The notes under the pieces: model-generated
What the model was told of the DNA's origin: nothing
Database searches by the model: none
What the model saw: the letters and a program-made list of their open reading frames with translations, nothing else
Made by a program: the position numbers and the translations under genes
Assembly (NCBI GenBank): GCA_024346625.1
Contig: AP024665.1
Location: 2,356,001 to 2,420,000, forward strand
DNA length: 64,000 nt
Direction: 5' to 3'
Origin: Williopsis jadinii
Lineage: Eukaryota
Shown: positions 32,694-43,760 of the stretch, in pieces
Layout of the letters: each line of letters begins with the position of its first letter
Numbering within the stretch: position 1 is the stretch's first letter

Positions 32694-34385
32694 ATGGGAC
32701 ACGAGGAGAAACCAGACTTCAACCCTCCAGGCGGTCATGTTGGAAAGTACCAAATCATCCGTACGCTGGGTGAGGGATCGTTCGGTAAGGTGAAGCTGGC
32801 GTACCACCTCACCACTGGACAGAAAGTTGCTCTGAAGATCATCAACCGGAAGACTTTGGCCAAGTCCGACATGCAAGGCCGTATAGAGCGTGAGATCTCG
32901 TACTTGAGGCTGTTGAGACATCCTCATATCATCAAGCTCTACGACGTTATCAAGTCTAAGGATGAGATCATCATGGTGATCGAGTTTGCCGGGAAGGAGC
33001 TGTTCGACTACATTGTTCAAAAGGGCAAGATGGAGGAGAATGAGGCCAGAAGGTTCTTCCAGCAGATCATCAGTGCTGTCGAGTACTGCCATCGTCATAA
33101 GATTGTTCATAGAGACTTGAAGCCTGAGAATTTGTTGCTGGATGACCAACTCAACGTGAAGATTGCCGATTTTGGGCTCTCCAACTTCATGAGTGACGGT
33201 AACTTTTTGAAGACGTCGTGTGGTTCTCCAAACTACGCGGCCCCTGAGGTTATCAGTGGTAAATTGTACGCAGGCCCGGAGGTTGACGTTTGGTCGTGTG
33301 GTGTCATCCTATACGTCATGCTCTGTGGAAGATTGCCGTTTGACGATGAGTTCATCCCAGCGTTGTTCAAGAAGATCTCGAACGGTGTCTACACGATTCC
33401 AAACTACTTGAGTCCGGGTGCAAAGAACCTGCTCACCAGGATGCTCGTGGTGAACCCGTTGAACAGAATCACCATCCATGAAATCATGCAAGATGAATGG
33501 TTCCTGACCGACATTGCCGATTACCTCTTGCCTAACGATGTTCAGAAGAAATACGCTGAGATTGATGAAAACGCTGTGAATACCCTTGTCCGCACGATGG
33601 GCTACGACAGGGAGGAGATCTTGGACACGTTACGTAAGAACACCCAGAATGAGATCATGGATGGATATCTCTTGATCAAGGAGAACAAGATGTTGCTCGA
33701 CGACATCAAGAAACAGCAAAACGGCCAAGACAGTGATAAGCTGGATGCCTTCTTGTCACAGTCTCCACCATCTGAGTACGAGCACAGAGAGCATGAAAGC
33801 AAGAGATTGAAGGAGGAGATCACATACCAAGCGTTATCGCCTTCTTTGGGTAACAAAGACTCACAGAGTACCATTGCAATTCTGCCAACGTCTTTACCCC
33901 AGATACACAGGGCCAACATGGCGCAGTACGGCTCCGAATCGGCTGCTAAGATCAACCCTATAAGCACCAAGAAGTCCAAGACTCGCTGGCACTTTGGTAT
34001 CAGATCCAGATCGTACCCACTGGACGTTATGGGCGAGATCTACAGGGCATTGAAGAACCTGGGAGCCGAGTGGACCAAGCCCAAGGAAGATGAACTTTGG
34101 ACCATCCGTGTGCGTTGGAAGTACTCTCCAAACACTGTTGAAGGCGAGGACCCGGCAGCACAGATCCCAGACATGATGAGAATGATCATACAGCTCTTCC
34201 AATTGGAGCCAAACAACTACTTGGTTGATTTCAAGTTCGATGGCTGGGAAAACAGCGACGGAAGTGTCAACGCCAAATTCGACGCCAGTAAGGACGATGA
34301 AATCAGCTCCTTCAGTGCCTATCCGTTCCTACACCTTGCCACGCGACTCATCATGGAACTTGCTGTGAATTCACAAGGTGGTTAG
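32694..34385 (+). CDS. SNF1: AMPK catalytic subunit Snf1
   Basis: LGEGSFGKVKLA, DGNFLKTSCGSPNYAAPE and C-terminal WHFGIRSRSYPLDVM motifs. Confidence 0.98.
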   Translation: MGHEEKPDFNPPGGHVGKYQIIRTLGEGSFGKVKLAYHLTTGQKVALKIINRKTLAKSDMQGRIEREISYLRLLRHPHIIKLYDVIKSKDEIIMVIEFAGKELFDYIVQKGKMEENEARRFFQQIISAVEYCHRHKIVHRDLKPENLLLDDQLNVKIADFGLSNFMSDGNFLKTSCGSPNYAAPEVISGKLYAGPEVDVWSCGVILYVMLCGRLPFDDEFIPALFKKISNGVYTIPNYLSPGAKNLLTRMLVVNPLNRITIHEIMQDEWFLTDIADYLLPNDVQKKYAEIDENAVNTLVRTMGYDREEILDTLRKNTQNEIMDGYLLIKENKMLLDDIKKQQNGQDSDKLDAFLSQSPPSEYEHREHESKRLKEEITYQALSPSLGNKDSQSTIAILPTSLPQIHRANMAQYGSESAAKINPISTKKSKTRWHFGIRSRSYPLDVMGEIYRALKNLGAEWTKPKEDELWTIRVRWKYSPNTVEGEDPAAQIPDMMRMIIQLFQLEPNNYLVDFKFDGWENSDGSVNAKFDASKDDEISSFSAYPFLHLATRLIMELAVNSQGG

Positions 34386-34451
34386 GAGCTGTCTCGTTAC
34401 GTAATGAATGCCTTTACCGTGAAATCTGTGTAGAGAACAACGGCCACTGCG

Positions 34452-34515
34452 ACGCGTTGTGTGAAATTTTTCACTTTTCCCTGCGCACACGCGTCTTCAA
34501 CAGAAAAAGACGCGT
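34452..34515. promoter_or_regulatory. Three MCB elements (ACGCGT) in the HST3 promoter
   Basis: Exact hexamers at 34452, 34489 and 34510. Confidence 0.75.
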
Positions 34516-34608
34516 CTTTCTTTTCTCTTCGTCTCCATTCCGCACTGATATACCATCAAAACCGCCATTTACACTATTATCTCCATATTCGAATAGACAC
34601 GGTATACA

Positions 34609-35634
34609 ATGCAGTTGCTCCAATTGGACGATGACCTGTCCTACATCCACAAGCAGCTTTCAAAGTCGAGAAATATGATCATTCTAACAGGAGCTGGAAT
34701 CTCGTGTTCTGCTGGCATACCTGACTTCAGGTCGGCAGATGGGCTGTACGCACGGTCTTGTGGTGATGGGCTCAAAGGAAAGGACCTGTTCGACGTGATG
34801 GTGTTCCAGCGAGGTGAGCATGTCTCGCAGTTTTGCAAGTTCATGTCTGACTTACGCACAAGGAGCCTCAATGCTGAACCAACAAGAACACATCGGTTTA
34901 TACAACGCCAGCTGCGCAGTAAAAGGGCACTGAGGTGCTACACGCAGAATATAGATGGTGTTGAGCATCGTATGGGGTTGCAAACTGATACACAGCTGAA
35001 ATGGAAGGAGCTAGAGTGTGTACAACTGCACGGCGACGTACACACGCTGAGGTGCACTCACTGTTCCACAGTGGTGGATTGGACCCCAGAGCTGGAAGGC
35101 AGGTTTCAACGAGGTGAACTGCCAGAGTGTCACGAGTGTTTGAACATAAAGCTCATACGTAAGCTTAGCGGGAAACGTACTGGTGGACTGGTCACCGGAG
35201 TGCTGAGGCCAAATGTTGTGCTGTATGGTGAAAACCATCCTCTCGCAGAGACCATTGCTACTGGCCTCAACAACGACATAGCCAGATCGAAGCCGGATAT
35301 GCTGGTCATAATTGGTACTTCACTAAAGGTCCATGGCGTGAAGCAGCTGACACGCTTGGCTGCCAAGGCAGTGCATGCTCGCGGTGGTGTCGTCTTACTC
35401 ATCAACGACACCACTTTAAAAGGTTGGGACAATGTCATTGACTATCAGGTGCTTGGTGACTGTGATAGCTTCTTTGCCCTCCACGAAGCACATTCACAAG
35501 GCTTGGTGTCTCCTCCAACAACTCCAAGCAAGAAACGTACCAAATTGATCCCAATGACTCCAACAAGGAGAAAACTGACAGACATTACAAACATATCACC
35601 AGCTCCCTCACCAAAGAAAAGACGCACTACATAG
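34609..35634 (+). CDS. HST3: Sirtuin, H3K56 deacetylase Hst3
   Basis: TGAGISCSAGIPDFRS, YTQNIDG, QLHGD, zinc cysteines and LRPNVVLYGENHP; C-terminal TP/SP cluster; linkage to BUB3 and STI1. Confidence 0.88.
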   Translation: MQLLQLDDDLSYIHKQLSKSRNMIILTGAGISCSAGIPDFRSADGLYARSCGDGLKGKDLFDVMVFQRGEHVSQFCKFMSDLRTRSLNAEPTRTHRFIQRQLRSKRALRCYTQNIDGVEHRMGLQTDTQLKWKELECVQLHGDVHTLRCTHCSTVVDWTPELEGRFQRGELPECHECLNIKLIRKLSGKRTGGLVTGVLRPNVVLYGENHPLAETIATGLNNDIARSKPDMLVIIGTSLKVHGVKQLTRLAAKAVHARGGVVLLINDTTLKGWDNVIDYQVLGDCDSFFALHEAHSQGLVSPPTTPSKKRTKLIPMTPTRRKLTDITNISPAPSPKKRRTT

Positions 35635-35696
35635 AGCAAATATTAATCAAATTATCCAACTGTAATAAAAAATCTCTAATAAATACAAAAGCTTCA

Positions 35697-38600
35697 TCAC
35701 TGTTCTGGAATATCGTCATGGAAGTACTTACCTTCCAGCGTTGGCTTGATGACACCAATTCTGATACAGAAATCACCAAAGTGTTCACCCTCTTCTCTCT
35801 CAAGAGCCCATCTCTTGAAAAGAGGCTTCAAGATGGCAAGAACTTCATCCTCCTTGATACTCTGTCTATATATCTTGTTCAAACGTTGGCCGTAGTAACC
35901 ACCACCAAGCATCAAGTTGTAAGTACCGTACGCCTTACCAACAAGTGCAACTTCGGCTAACCATGGACGAGCACAACCATTTGGACAACCCGTCATTCTC
36001 ATGACAATAGAATCGTGCTTCAAGCCGTACTCTTCAAGAGCCTCTTCAAGCTTGCTGATCATCACTGGAAGGTATCTCTCGGCCTCAGCCATGGCCAAAC
36101 CACAAGTTGGGAAAGCAACACACGCAGCAGAAGAGAGACGCAATCCACTGAAGGCCGTGTTATCAAGCTTGTACTGAGCCATCAACTCCTTAACAGCAGG
36201 TAACTCCTCGTCAGAAACACACGAAATCAAAACGTGCTGGTTACCAGTCAATCTGAAAGAACCCTTGGAGCCCGGTCTTGATTGGAAGTATTCCGCAATC
36301 TTCTTCAAACCAGTCTTTTGAGGGAGCTCAGCACTGTCCTCAACACGACCGTTCTCAATGAAACAGGTGAAGTGGTGTTGGTTCAACTCATCCTGGGTCC
36401 AGCCAAAGTGGTCAATGTTGTCTTTGATTTCATAGGAACGCTCAGCCTCGAACTTCTTGCCCCAGAGCTCTTCAACCTTGGACTTGTAAACATCAGGACC
36501 AAGAGTATCAACAGTATATTTGAGTCTGGCGTTCTTTCTGTCCTTTCTGTTACCAAAGTCTCTCTGGACAAGCATGATCTTTTCACAGACAGTGTGGATC
36601 TCATCGTAGTATACGAAACCAAAGTGAGAACCAGTTCTTGGATAGGTCTTCTTGTTGTTGTGAGTGGAACCCATACCACCACCAACAAGCACGTTGAAAC
36701 CAACACAGACATTGTCTTCAATGACAGCAATCAGACCAACATCGGAAGACCAAACATCAACATCGTTGTAAGGTGGAACCGTGATGTTGATCTTGAATTT
36801 TCTAGGAAGATAGAGCGGACCATACAATGGTTCGTTGTCAACAAGAGCGTTACCAGCAACCATGGTTTTAACCTTCTTAGGACCTTCTTTTCTGTTCTCA
36901 AAGGTATCAGTCCAGGATGGATCATCGTCTCTCTCATCCTTTCCTTCCAACCAGATCTCGTGGTATGCAGTGGTTTGCGGTAAGAGGTGTTCAGAGATCT
37001 TCTTGGCCACGGCTTCAACTTCACCGTGAACCTTGGCATTGCCTGGGAGAGCACTAATCATAACGTTTCTGTTAACATCACCGCAGGCACCGAGAGTGTC
37101 CATCAAAGCAGCATTCATCCCTCTGATAGCATGCTTCAGGTTGTGCTTAACAACACCGTGCAACTGGTAAGTGGCTCTGGTAGTAAGCTTAATGGTTCCG
37201 TTACCAGTCTCATTGGCAAGCTTGTCCAAAGCCAACCATTGCTCTGGAGTGGTGACACCACCTGGAAGTCTCACACGTGCCATGAAGATATAGTATGGCT
37301 CCAAGCCAGCGGCCTTACGTGAATCTCTCAAATCACGGTCATCTTGCATGTAAATACCGTGGAACTTGGTGAGCTGTTGGTCGTGGGCAGAGATAGCACC
37401 AGTAGATTCATCAACCAAACCTTCGGCAATAGTACCTCTTAAGAAGTTAGAAGCAGCCTTGATATCTTCATTGGTGATTGGAGGTGGTTCATCAGCAGTC
37501 TTGATATCATCAACACCCAATGCCTTCCACAATTCTGGCTCCCACAAGTTGTAGCCAGTGTTGAAACCATCAGCATCCTGGTCATCACCCAAACCGAGAG
37601 GACAAAGCTCCTTCGCATTGAGGAATGTGAGTCTGTTGAACAAATCCTTGGCTGGTTTGTTGTAGTAGTGCTTGTCTTGAGCTCTTGGCCAGTACAAAGA
37701 ATCACCCAAACCGAAGACGGAAATCTTGGAGAAGGCCAAATCAAGGTCACCAGATGCCTTGATGGCATCCCAGAAGCCCTTACCGTTTTGAGGAAACTCA
37801 CCTTGACCGGAAGTTGAGGTAACGAACACAATGTTCTCCTCAGTTGGCAAATCCTCAAGAACGATGTCATCCATTGACAGGACAGTTGCCTTCAGACCTC
37901 TTTGCGTGGCACGCTTTCCTAATTTCTTAGCAACGTTCTCTGCAGAACCACCATCAGATGCAAAGTAGATGGACAATGGTGGACCAGACAAACCTTCGAG
38001 CAATTGACTGTAAGCCTCTCTTGCTCTTCTGTCTTGTTTTTGCTTTATCAAAGAAGATTGAGATTGTTCCAAGGTTCTAGCAAACTGTGGGTTCTTTTGG
38101 GACAAAAGAGTTAACTTGTTCTCACGGTCCAAGAAGCTCTTGAGCTGCTCCTTGATGACAGTGGAGTCAAGCTTGAATGAGTCCTCATTCTCCAAAGTTG
38201 GGTTGTAACGATAAAGAGGAATGTAACCAGAGTCCACAGCTTGTTTGGTGTTCTTTAAGATGTCAAGAGGTGTATCGTTCTCGCTTGTAATTGGCAAGTA
38301 GGCAAGAACAACAGATGGACCTTCGAATTGGGAGGCCTCAATCAAAGTAGTCAACACTTGGGTGTAGGAAGAGTAGATAGCAATGGAACCAACGTATGCG
38401 TTACCGTAGTTCATGGCGTATAAACCGATATCCTTCTTTCTCTGGACTGAAAATGGCTTTTCTTCGGTCTTTGAGGAGAGAGGTTCATTATCCAAGATCA
38501 ACATGTTGATATCTTGGTTGGAGCTAAGAACGTGGTGGACACCAGAGGAACCCAGATCGTAGGCCCAAGAGTCAGAACCAATCAACCAAGACGATTGAAT

Positions 38601-39887
38601 GTTGAAAGCATCCTTCAATGACAAGATCTGTTGAGCAGCATCTGAGGAATCACCTTCCAAAATCTCAACGATAGAGCTGACAAGTGAAGCATCAGTGGTC
38701 TTACCAGCACGAGCATGTACAAGCCATTTGGTCAACTTCTCAACAAGCTCTGAAGCTCTTGGAGTAAGGAATTTGTCCAAAGAGTCTGTCACTAAAGAGA
38801 TCAACTGTTGCAATTGTTCCTTCTTGTGGATGAATTTACCGAAACCAAACTCTGGGTTAGAGGTTGAAACGTTTGTACTCTGAAATTGGTTCAAGAGGTC
38901 CAAGTTTGAGCCAAAGAGGTTGTTCAAGATTGTTGTGTAACTGTCCTCCAACTTGGAGACTTTTGAAACAGCCTCAGAATCCACTGTGGATTGCTGCTGC
39001 TCTTCACCAAAGTACAAGTTTTGAATTGGGTTATCCAATGCCAAGTTTGAGAGGAGAACTTTAACCAATGAATCGAGATCACTGTTATCACCAACATAGG
39101 ATGCGGTGATTTTCTTAATGCCGCTATCCACAAGCAAAGAGCCGTCTTGGAAGAACTCTAGGAGGAATGGAGAGAACTTAGATGCAGGTTTAGAGTAAGA
39201 TTGTTGTACCAATGCAATGTTTTCCACTGATGATGGAAGAGCCTTTACAATCTTGGATGTGTCCAAAGGTCTGAACACTTTAATGTCGACAGCTGGCAAT
39301 TGAGATTTTGAGAAATCGAAGGCACTGAGGTTAACAATTGCAGTTTTGGAGCCTTTAGCACCTTGTGAATAAGTGAAAGTTTCAATTTTCAACAACTCAA
39401 GGGCCTCTTCGAAGGAGGAAATCTCTGACTCCAACGGTTTGAGGTCAATTTTTGCAACAGATGAGTCTTGTGCAATGGCTGCGTAGTCAATGAAGTGGAA
39501 TACTGGTCTTCCCAAGTTCTTAACGATGACATGGGAAAGAACGAGGAACTTGGCCAAATCAGAGTTATTCTTAGAGATTAAGGTGACGAAATCGAAATCC
39601 TTAACAGCAATCACAGATTGGTAGTCTTTCAAATCGACATTAAGAACAACATCTTTGAGCTGTTGCAAGTGAGGAAGAGACTTAACCAAGACACTATCGG
39701 AGGTGAAGACAGACAAAGTCTCACCTTCTTCTAACTGCTGTTGTAGCTCCACAACAGTAGCCAAAGGGTCGGTGGAGTCCAACAGCTCAAGAGTAGGAGA
39801 GGAGATTGGAGCAGCCGAGGCCCTTGTCTTCTTAGAAACGACAGACTTTCCACCAATAGCGGTGTAGAAGTCACTCAGCAGAGTCAT
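35697..39887 (-). CDS. MET5: Sulfite reductase beta (hemoprotein) subunit
   Basis: Flavodoxin domain, LTKFHGIYMQDDRD, YLPRKFK, CVAFPTCGLA and MTGCPNGCARP siroheme/4Fe-4S ligands. Confidence 0.96.
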   Translation of the reverse strand: MTLLSDFYTAIGGKSVVSKKTRASAAPISSPTLELLDSTDPLATVVELQQQLEEGETLSVFTSDSVLVKSLPHLQQLKDVVLNVDLKDYQSVIAVKDFDFVTLISKNNSDLAKFLVLSHVIVKNLGRPVFHFIDYAAIAQDSSVAKIDLKPLESEISSFEEALELLKIETFTYSQGAKGSKTAIVNLSAFDFSKSQLPAVDIKVFRPLDTSKIVKALPSSVENIALVQQSYSKPASKFSPFLLEFFQDGSLLVDSGIKKITASYVGDNSDLDSLVKVLLSNLALDNPIQNLYFGEEQQQSTVDSEAVSKVSKLEDSYTTILNNLFGSNLDLLNQFQSTNVSTSNPEFGFGKFIHKKEQLQQLISLVTDSLDKFLTPRASELVEKLTKWLVHARAGKTTDASLVSSIVEILEGDSSDAAQQILSLKDAFNIQSSWLIGSDSWAYDLGSSGVHHVLSSNQDINMLILDNEPLSSKTEEKPFSVQRKKDIGLYAMNYGNAYVGSIAIYSSYTQVLTTLIEASQFEGPSVVLAYLPITSENDTPLDILKNTKQAVDSGYIPLYRYNPTLENEDSFKLDSTVIKEQLKSFLDRENKLTLLSQKNPQFARTLEQSQSSLIKQKQDRRAREAYSQLLEGLSGPPLSIYFASDGGSAENVAKKLGKRATQRGLKATVLSMDDIVLEDLPTEENIVFVTSTSGQGEFPQNGKGFWDAIKASGDLDLAFSKISVFGLGDSLYWPRAQDKHYYNKPAKDLFNRLTFLNAKELCPLGLGDDQDADGFNTGYNLWEPELWKALGVDDIKTADEPPPITNEDIKAASNFLRGTIAEGLVDESTGAISAHDQQLTKFHGIYMQDDRDLRDSRKAAGLEPYYIFMARVRLPGGVTTPEQWLALDKLANETGNGTIKLTTRATYQLHGVVKHNLKHAIRGMNAALMDTLGACGDVNRNVMISALPGNAKVHGEVEAVAKKISEHLLPQTTAYHEIWLEGKDERDDDPSWTDTFENRKEGPKKVKTMVAGNALVDNEPLYGPLYLPRKFKINITVPPYNDVDVWSSDVGLIAVIEDNVCVGFNVLVGGGMGSTHNNKKTYPRTGSHFGFVYYDEIHTVCEKIMLVQRDFGNRKDRKNARLKYTVDTLGPDVYKSKVEELWGKKFEAERSYEIKDNIDHFGWTQDELNQHHFTCFIENGRVEDSAELPQKTGLKKIAEYFQSRPGSKGSFRLTGNQHVLISCVSDEELPAVKELMAQYKLDNTAFSGLRLSSAACVAFPTCGLAMAEAERYLPVMISKLEEALEEYGLKHDSIVMRMTGCPNGCARPWLAEVALVGKAYGTYNLMLGGGYYGQRLNKIYRQSIKEDEVLAILKPLFKRWALEREEGEHFGDFCIRIGVIKPTLEGKYFHDDIPEQ

Positions 39888-40095
39888 TCTGAACTATATG
39901 GGCAATTGGTATGACTAAAACACCTTTGTTGAGACGAAGAATAGAAGGGAAAAGAAGTACAGAGCGAAGTTTTCTACAGATCTTCCAGTGCTCTTGTCCA
40001 TCCGGCGCACGATGAGCTGTAGTAGTAAACCATGACGAAAACGTGAAAAATTCTCGATTGGTGTCAAGTACAATTTCTGTGTTGTATTAGTGCAT

Positions 40096-40430
40096 GTCAC
40101 GTGAAGATATGGAGAATCTGCCATGAGGCGAGTGAGTTTTGCGTAATTGTGAAAGCCAGGTGTCTTATTGGCCAGCTTTGGAAATCCTAGCCAGACTGTG
40201 GCTAGTGAAGAATTGTGGCTGATGGGGTTTGGTGGTGTGCGCGTACCGTCCTTTGTATGGGAGAATTTTTCAAAGCCCATGTTTTGCCCTGGAAAACACA
40301 GGGCTCTGGTGCTTCGGTAGGGAAAACATAGCCCATTTGTATGGGCTCGGTGTTTGAAACGGCGATTTGGAGTGGACTGTGGCTGATGGAGAGCCATCTT
40401 GCAGATTCTTACACGCCACACGCCACAATT
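40096..40430. promoter_or_regulatory. MET5 promoter: Cbf1 site plus several Met31/32-like sites
   Basis: GTCACGTGA at 40096-40104; ACTGTGGC at 40195 and 40376; AATTGTGGC at 40211 and (reverse) 40422. Confidence 0.75.
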
Positions 40431-42158
40431 CTGGACAGCTGCGAGTGGTTTGCGGCTGGAAGACTTCTCTCTAGTATGGAGATGTTTGGATGTTTAGGCT
40501 TGAGAGAGTACTTGCTGCCTCTATGGTGATTATCGTGCTCGTAAGATAGGTGAATCTCTGTTTGAGTGCAGTAGCTCATGACACAAACCACTATCTGTGT
40601 TGACGACAATGGCTTGTTTGTATTAGCATTAGCTGTAGACGTTTGGCAGAAAATGTAGGTGAAATGTCAGGGCACTGGCGACGATTAGTAGGACTATTTT
40701 ACATAACTGAAGTCATAACTGTCCTTTGTATGATACTATAGCTCGAGACTTTTCCCCAATGAAAGCGTGTAGATATGGCTCTTCAATATCAAGCTGAGCT
40801 ATAGCAAGAAATACTTACGTTCCGTTGAGTAGTATAATAGTCAATAGATGGCATGTAACTCGGTACGCCCTGTACTCCGATGTTTCGCACGGTTTATAAA
40901 TATCAACACGCAACTCAATGGCGTCGATAACAGTACTGAACGAACTGTCCGGAGAAACTAATCAAAATATCTTGGAAATTGATGTATATGCTCCACAATA
41001 TGAAATAGGGCTCTTTGTTCTGTAAATGTTTTAGAAATGGATCTTGATGTTTGATATATTAGTCTGGTGTGGGGAATGATCAACCTCATACAAAGCTCTA
41101 TTACTTAATCGCGCCGAATGTTGGCTTGAAGTTAAGGATTCAGAGCTGATCATATAACATCTTTTGTGTATATAAATCCTTATTCTAATTCAGTTACAGT
41201 TTAATTGATCTCCTGTTATTTTTTCTCTAGTTTAATTTCATTCCGTTTTCAAAATGTAATTTAATTTTAGAAAAATACTACCCAAAAATCCAATCTACAG
41301 CATAGAACATTTTTAAACGTATAATAAACCACAAAGTATGTTAAATATATGTAATATCAGCAAACGGAAACCAGTTAACCGGATTATTTCCAGAATTGAC
41401 ACCCTTATTGTCGAAAGAAAAGAATGTCCAATTGAAGTTTGGTCACAGAAAATTATGCCATGTTAAACCCGGACATCACACAGGCTACTGGGTGGAGATA
41501 CCTCTTGACTAATAGGTCCTTTCCTGAAGATACATAACCAAACTATATGACAAAGTACCGGGGACTCTTCAAACTAATTGTTTTAAAACAAAGATTTGTA
41601 CAAATGAAATACATCGTTCGTTGTGGCATATTTCACGCTTCGTCATCGAATTGACCTATCACTCTTCTGTATCATCATCCAAAGCCTCGGGATGGGGGAT
41701 ACAATCATGGTATATAGGATTTGAAGTGTACATATTCACAATGAAATACAGTCTTGACATTGAACACCAGCGACATTGGTCATTGGAGAATTATGAAACT
41801 GCTTTAACAAACTCTTAGAAGAGGTTCCAGCCTTAGGTGATCTCACCAGCGTGTCTAAACTGCAAATACCGCTATTGTATAGGAACGGTACCAACTGAGA
41901 ACGGTATATTCAAAGAAAAGATAGTGGTCTGAAATCTACATTGGCACCAGAAGCGAAAAGCTCTACTTACTGGGTATCGTGATGTAACCAGAACCGGGTA
42001 GCAGTCGTACAGAATTGTGGATAAGGAGACACTGGACGTTGGTGCCATACATTGCCGTCTATACATACATGTTGCCTATCAAATATGAGGAGAAAAAGAG
42101 CAATCAAATTTATTCATTCACCATCTTTCCACAGACCCTCAACACCAAAAGCCAAGTG

Positions 42159-43760
42159 ATGAAAAGGGTCAAACTAGATTTCAGAAGATATACAGATGTT
42201 GTTGGTGATTACAAAGGCATCACTATAGAACGTGCCAATCAGTGGAACAATGGAACTAGAAAACGGCCAATTGACTTATTGAAGGCATTACAGAATTCAG
42301 AAGAAGCTGGCGAAGGAACCGAAAAACTTGTTCACTGGTTTAGAAGTGATTTAAGAGTTCAAGATAATACTGCTCTTTGGCATATGACTGAAACCGCAAG
42401 AGCTATCGGTGCTAAGCCAATAGGTCTGTACGTCATTTCAACAAAGTTCTGGAAGGATCACCTCGAAAGTGCTTATAAGATTGATCTCATATTGAGAACT
42501 TTGGAGGTGCTAAAGAATAGCCTTGCAGAACATGGAATACCATTGTCGGTTGTATATCTTGATGATGCTAATGATAAAACCGTGGACTTTGCCAATTGGT
42601 TTGAAGATTTGATTCAATCTAGGTTCAAAGCTGCAAATGTTTACTTCAACGTCTTGTACGAATATGACGAGATGGCAAGGGACATTGAAGTTATGAAATC
42701 TAATCTCAAGTGTCATATCTTTGATGATCAGTGTATTGTGCCACCGTTAACATTATCAACGGGGAAGGGCACACAATACTCTAAATTTACTCCTTGGTAT
42801 AAAAAATGGGATGAACATCTAAAGAAGAATACAATCCAAGTTCACAAAATTACGCATAAGTTTCCCCAAACTGACAATGAAAATGTTAAAGATGATGATT
42901 ATTCTTTGGATTATGACTTTACATTGGAATCCTTGTCACAATTTGGTGTGGAGGGTCACGTTAGTCTTCCAGCCGGGGAGAATGCTGCAAATAAGTTACT
43001 AAAAGAATGGCTCAAAAAAGTGAAGAGCTATGATAAGCTAAAAGATTATCCTTCGAAGGAGACCACTTCCAGGCTTGGTCCTTATATTTCTATTGGATCG
43101 ATATCAACCAGAACAATAGTTTCCCAATCACAGAGGCTCAACAAAGGTAAGATAGTTGGTGGTGATAATGGAATAGCAACATTCATCAAGGAGGTGGCAT
43201 GGAGAGATTTTTACAGGCATGTAATTGTCAATTGGCCCTTTCTGATGCTTCACACACCGTTCAATTTCAGTTCTTTGGATATAGCGTGGCATTCTGATAC
43301 TTCAAGATTTGAGAAGTGGTGTCTCGGACGTACAGGATTTCCGATTATTGATGCAGCGATGCGTGAATTGTTGAACACTGGATATATGAACAACAGACTA
43401 CGGATGGTTTGTGCTAGTTTCCTGTGTAAGGATCTTCTTCAGGATTGGAGAATGGGTGAAAAATGGTTTCACCATCATCTTGTGGATGCAGATTTCATAT
43501 CCAACAATGGTGGATGGGGTTGGTGCTCATCTACAGGGGTAGATGGCCAACCATGGTTTAGAATATTCAACGTCTACACTCAGAGTCAAAAGTTTGACCC
43601 AGAAGGTCACTTCATCAAGAAATGGGTACCCGAACTCGCTCATTTAGATTCAAAGGAAATACACAAGCCTCCACCAACCGAGGATTATCCAGAACCAATT
43701 GTTGATAGGGAAGAGTCGAGAAAGATCGCATTGGAGAGGTACAGAGATGCCTTAACCTAG
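42159..43760 (+). CDS. PHR1: Class I CPD DNA photolyase
   Basis: HWFRSDLRVQDNTAL, TSRLGPY, EVAWRDFY, GYMNNRLRM, SNNGGWGW and FRIFN motifs. An upstream in-frame ATG at 42069 is possible. Confidence 0.95.
   Translation: MKRVKLDFRRYTDVVGDYKGITIERANQWNNGTRKRPIDLLKALQNSEEAGEGTEKLVHWFRSDLRVQDNTALWHMTETARAIGAKPIGLYVISTKFWKDHLESAYKIDLILRTLEVLKNSLAEHGIPLSVVYLDDANDKTVDFANWFEDLIQSRFKAANVYFNVLYEYDEMARDIEVMKSNLKCHIFDDQCIVPPLTLSTGKGTQYSKFTPWYKKWDEHLKKNTIQVHKITHKFPQTDNENVKDDDYSLDYDFTLESLSQFGVEGHVSLPAGENAANKLLKEWLKKVKSYDKLKDYPSKETTSRLGPYISIGSISTRTIVSQSQRLNKGKIVGGDNGIATFIKEVAWRDFYRHVIVNWPFLMLHTPFNFSSLDIAWHSDTSRFEKWCLGRTGFPIIDAAMRELLNTGYMNNRLRMVCASFLCKDLLQDWRMGEKWFHHHLVDADFISNNGGWGWCSSTGVDGQPWFRIFNVYTQSQKFDPEGHFIKKWVPELAHLDSKEIHKPPPTEDYPEPIVDREESRKIALERYRDALT

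Noticed and set aside
36282..36983. 233-aa ORF antisense to MET5 (similar shadows over RPS12, MYO5, SNF1)
   Set aside because: Typical antisense shadow of codon-biased genes; no recognisable motifs.
40431..42014. Transposon, LTR or pseudogene remnant in the long gap
   Set aside because: No terminal repeats, target-site duplication or coding similarity seen by eye.
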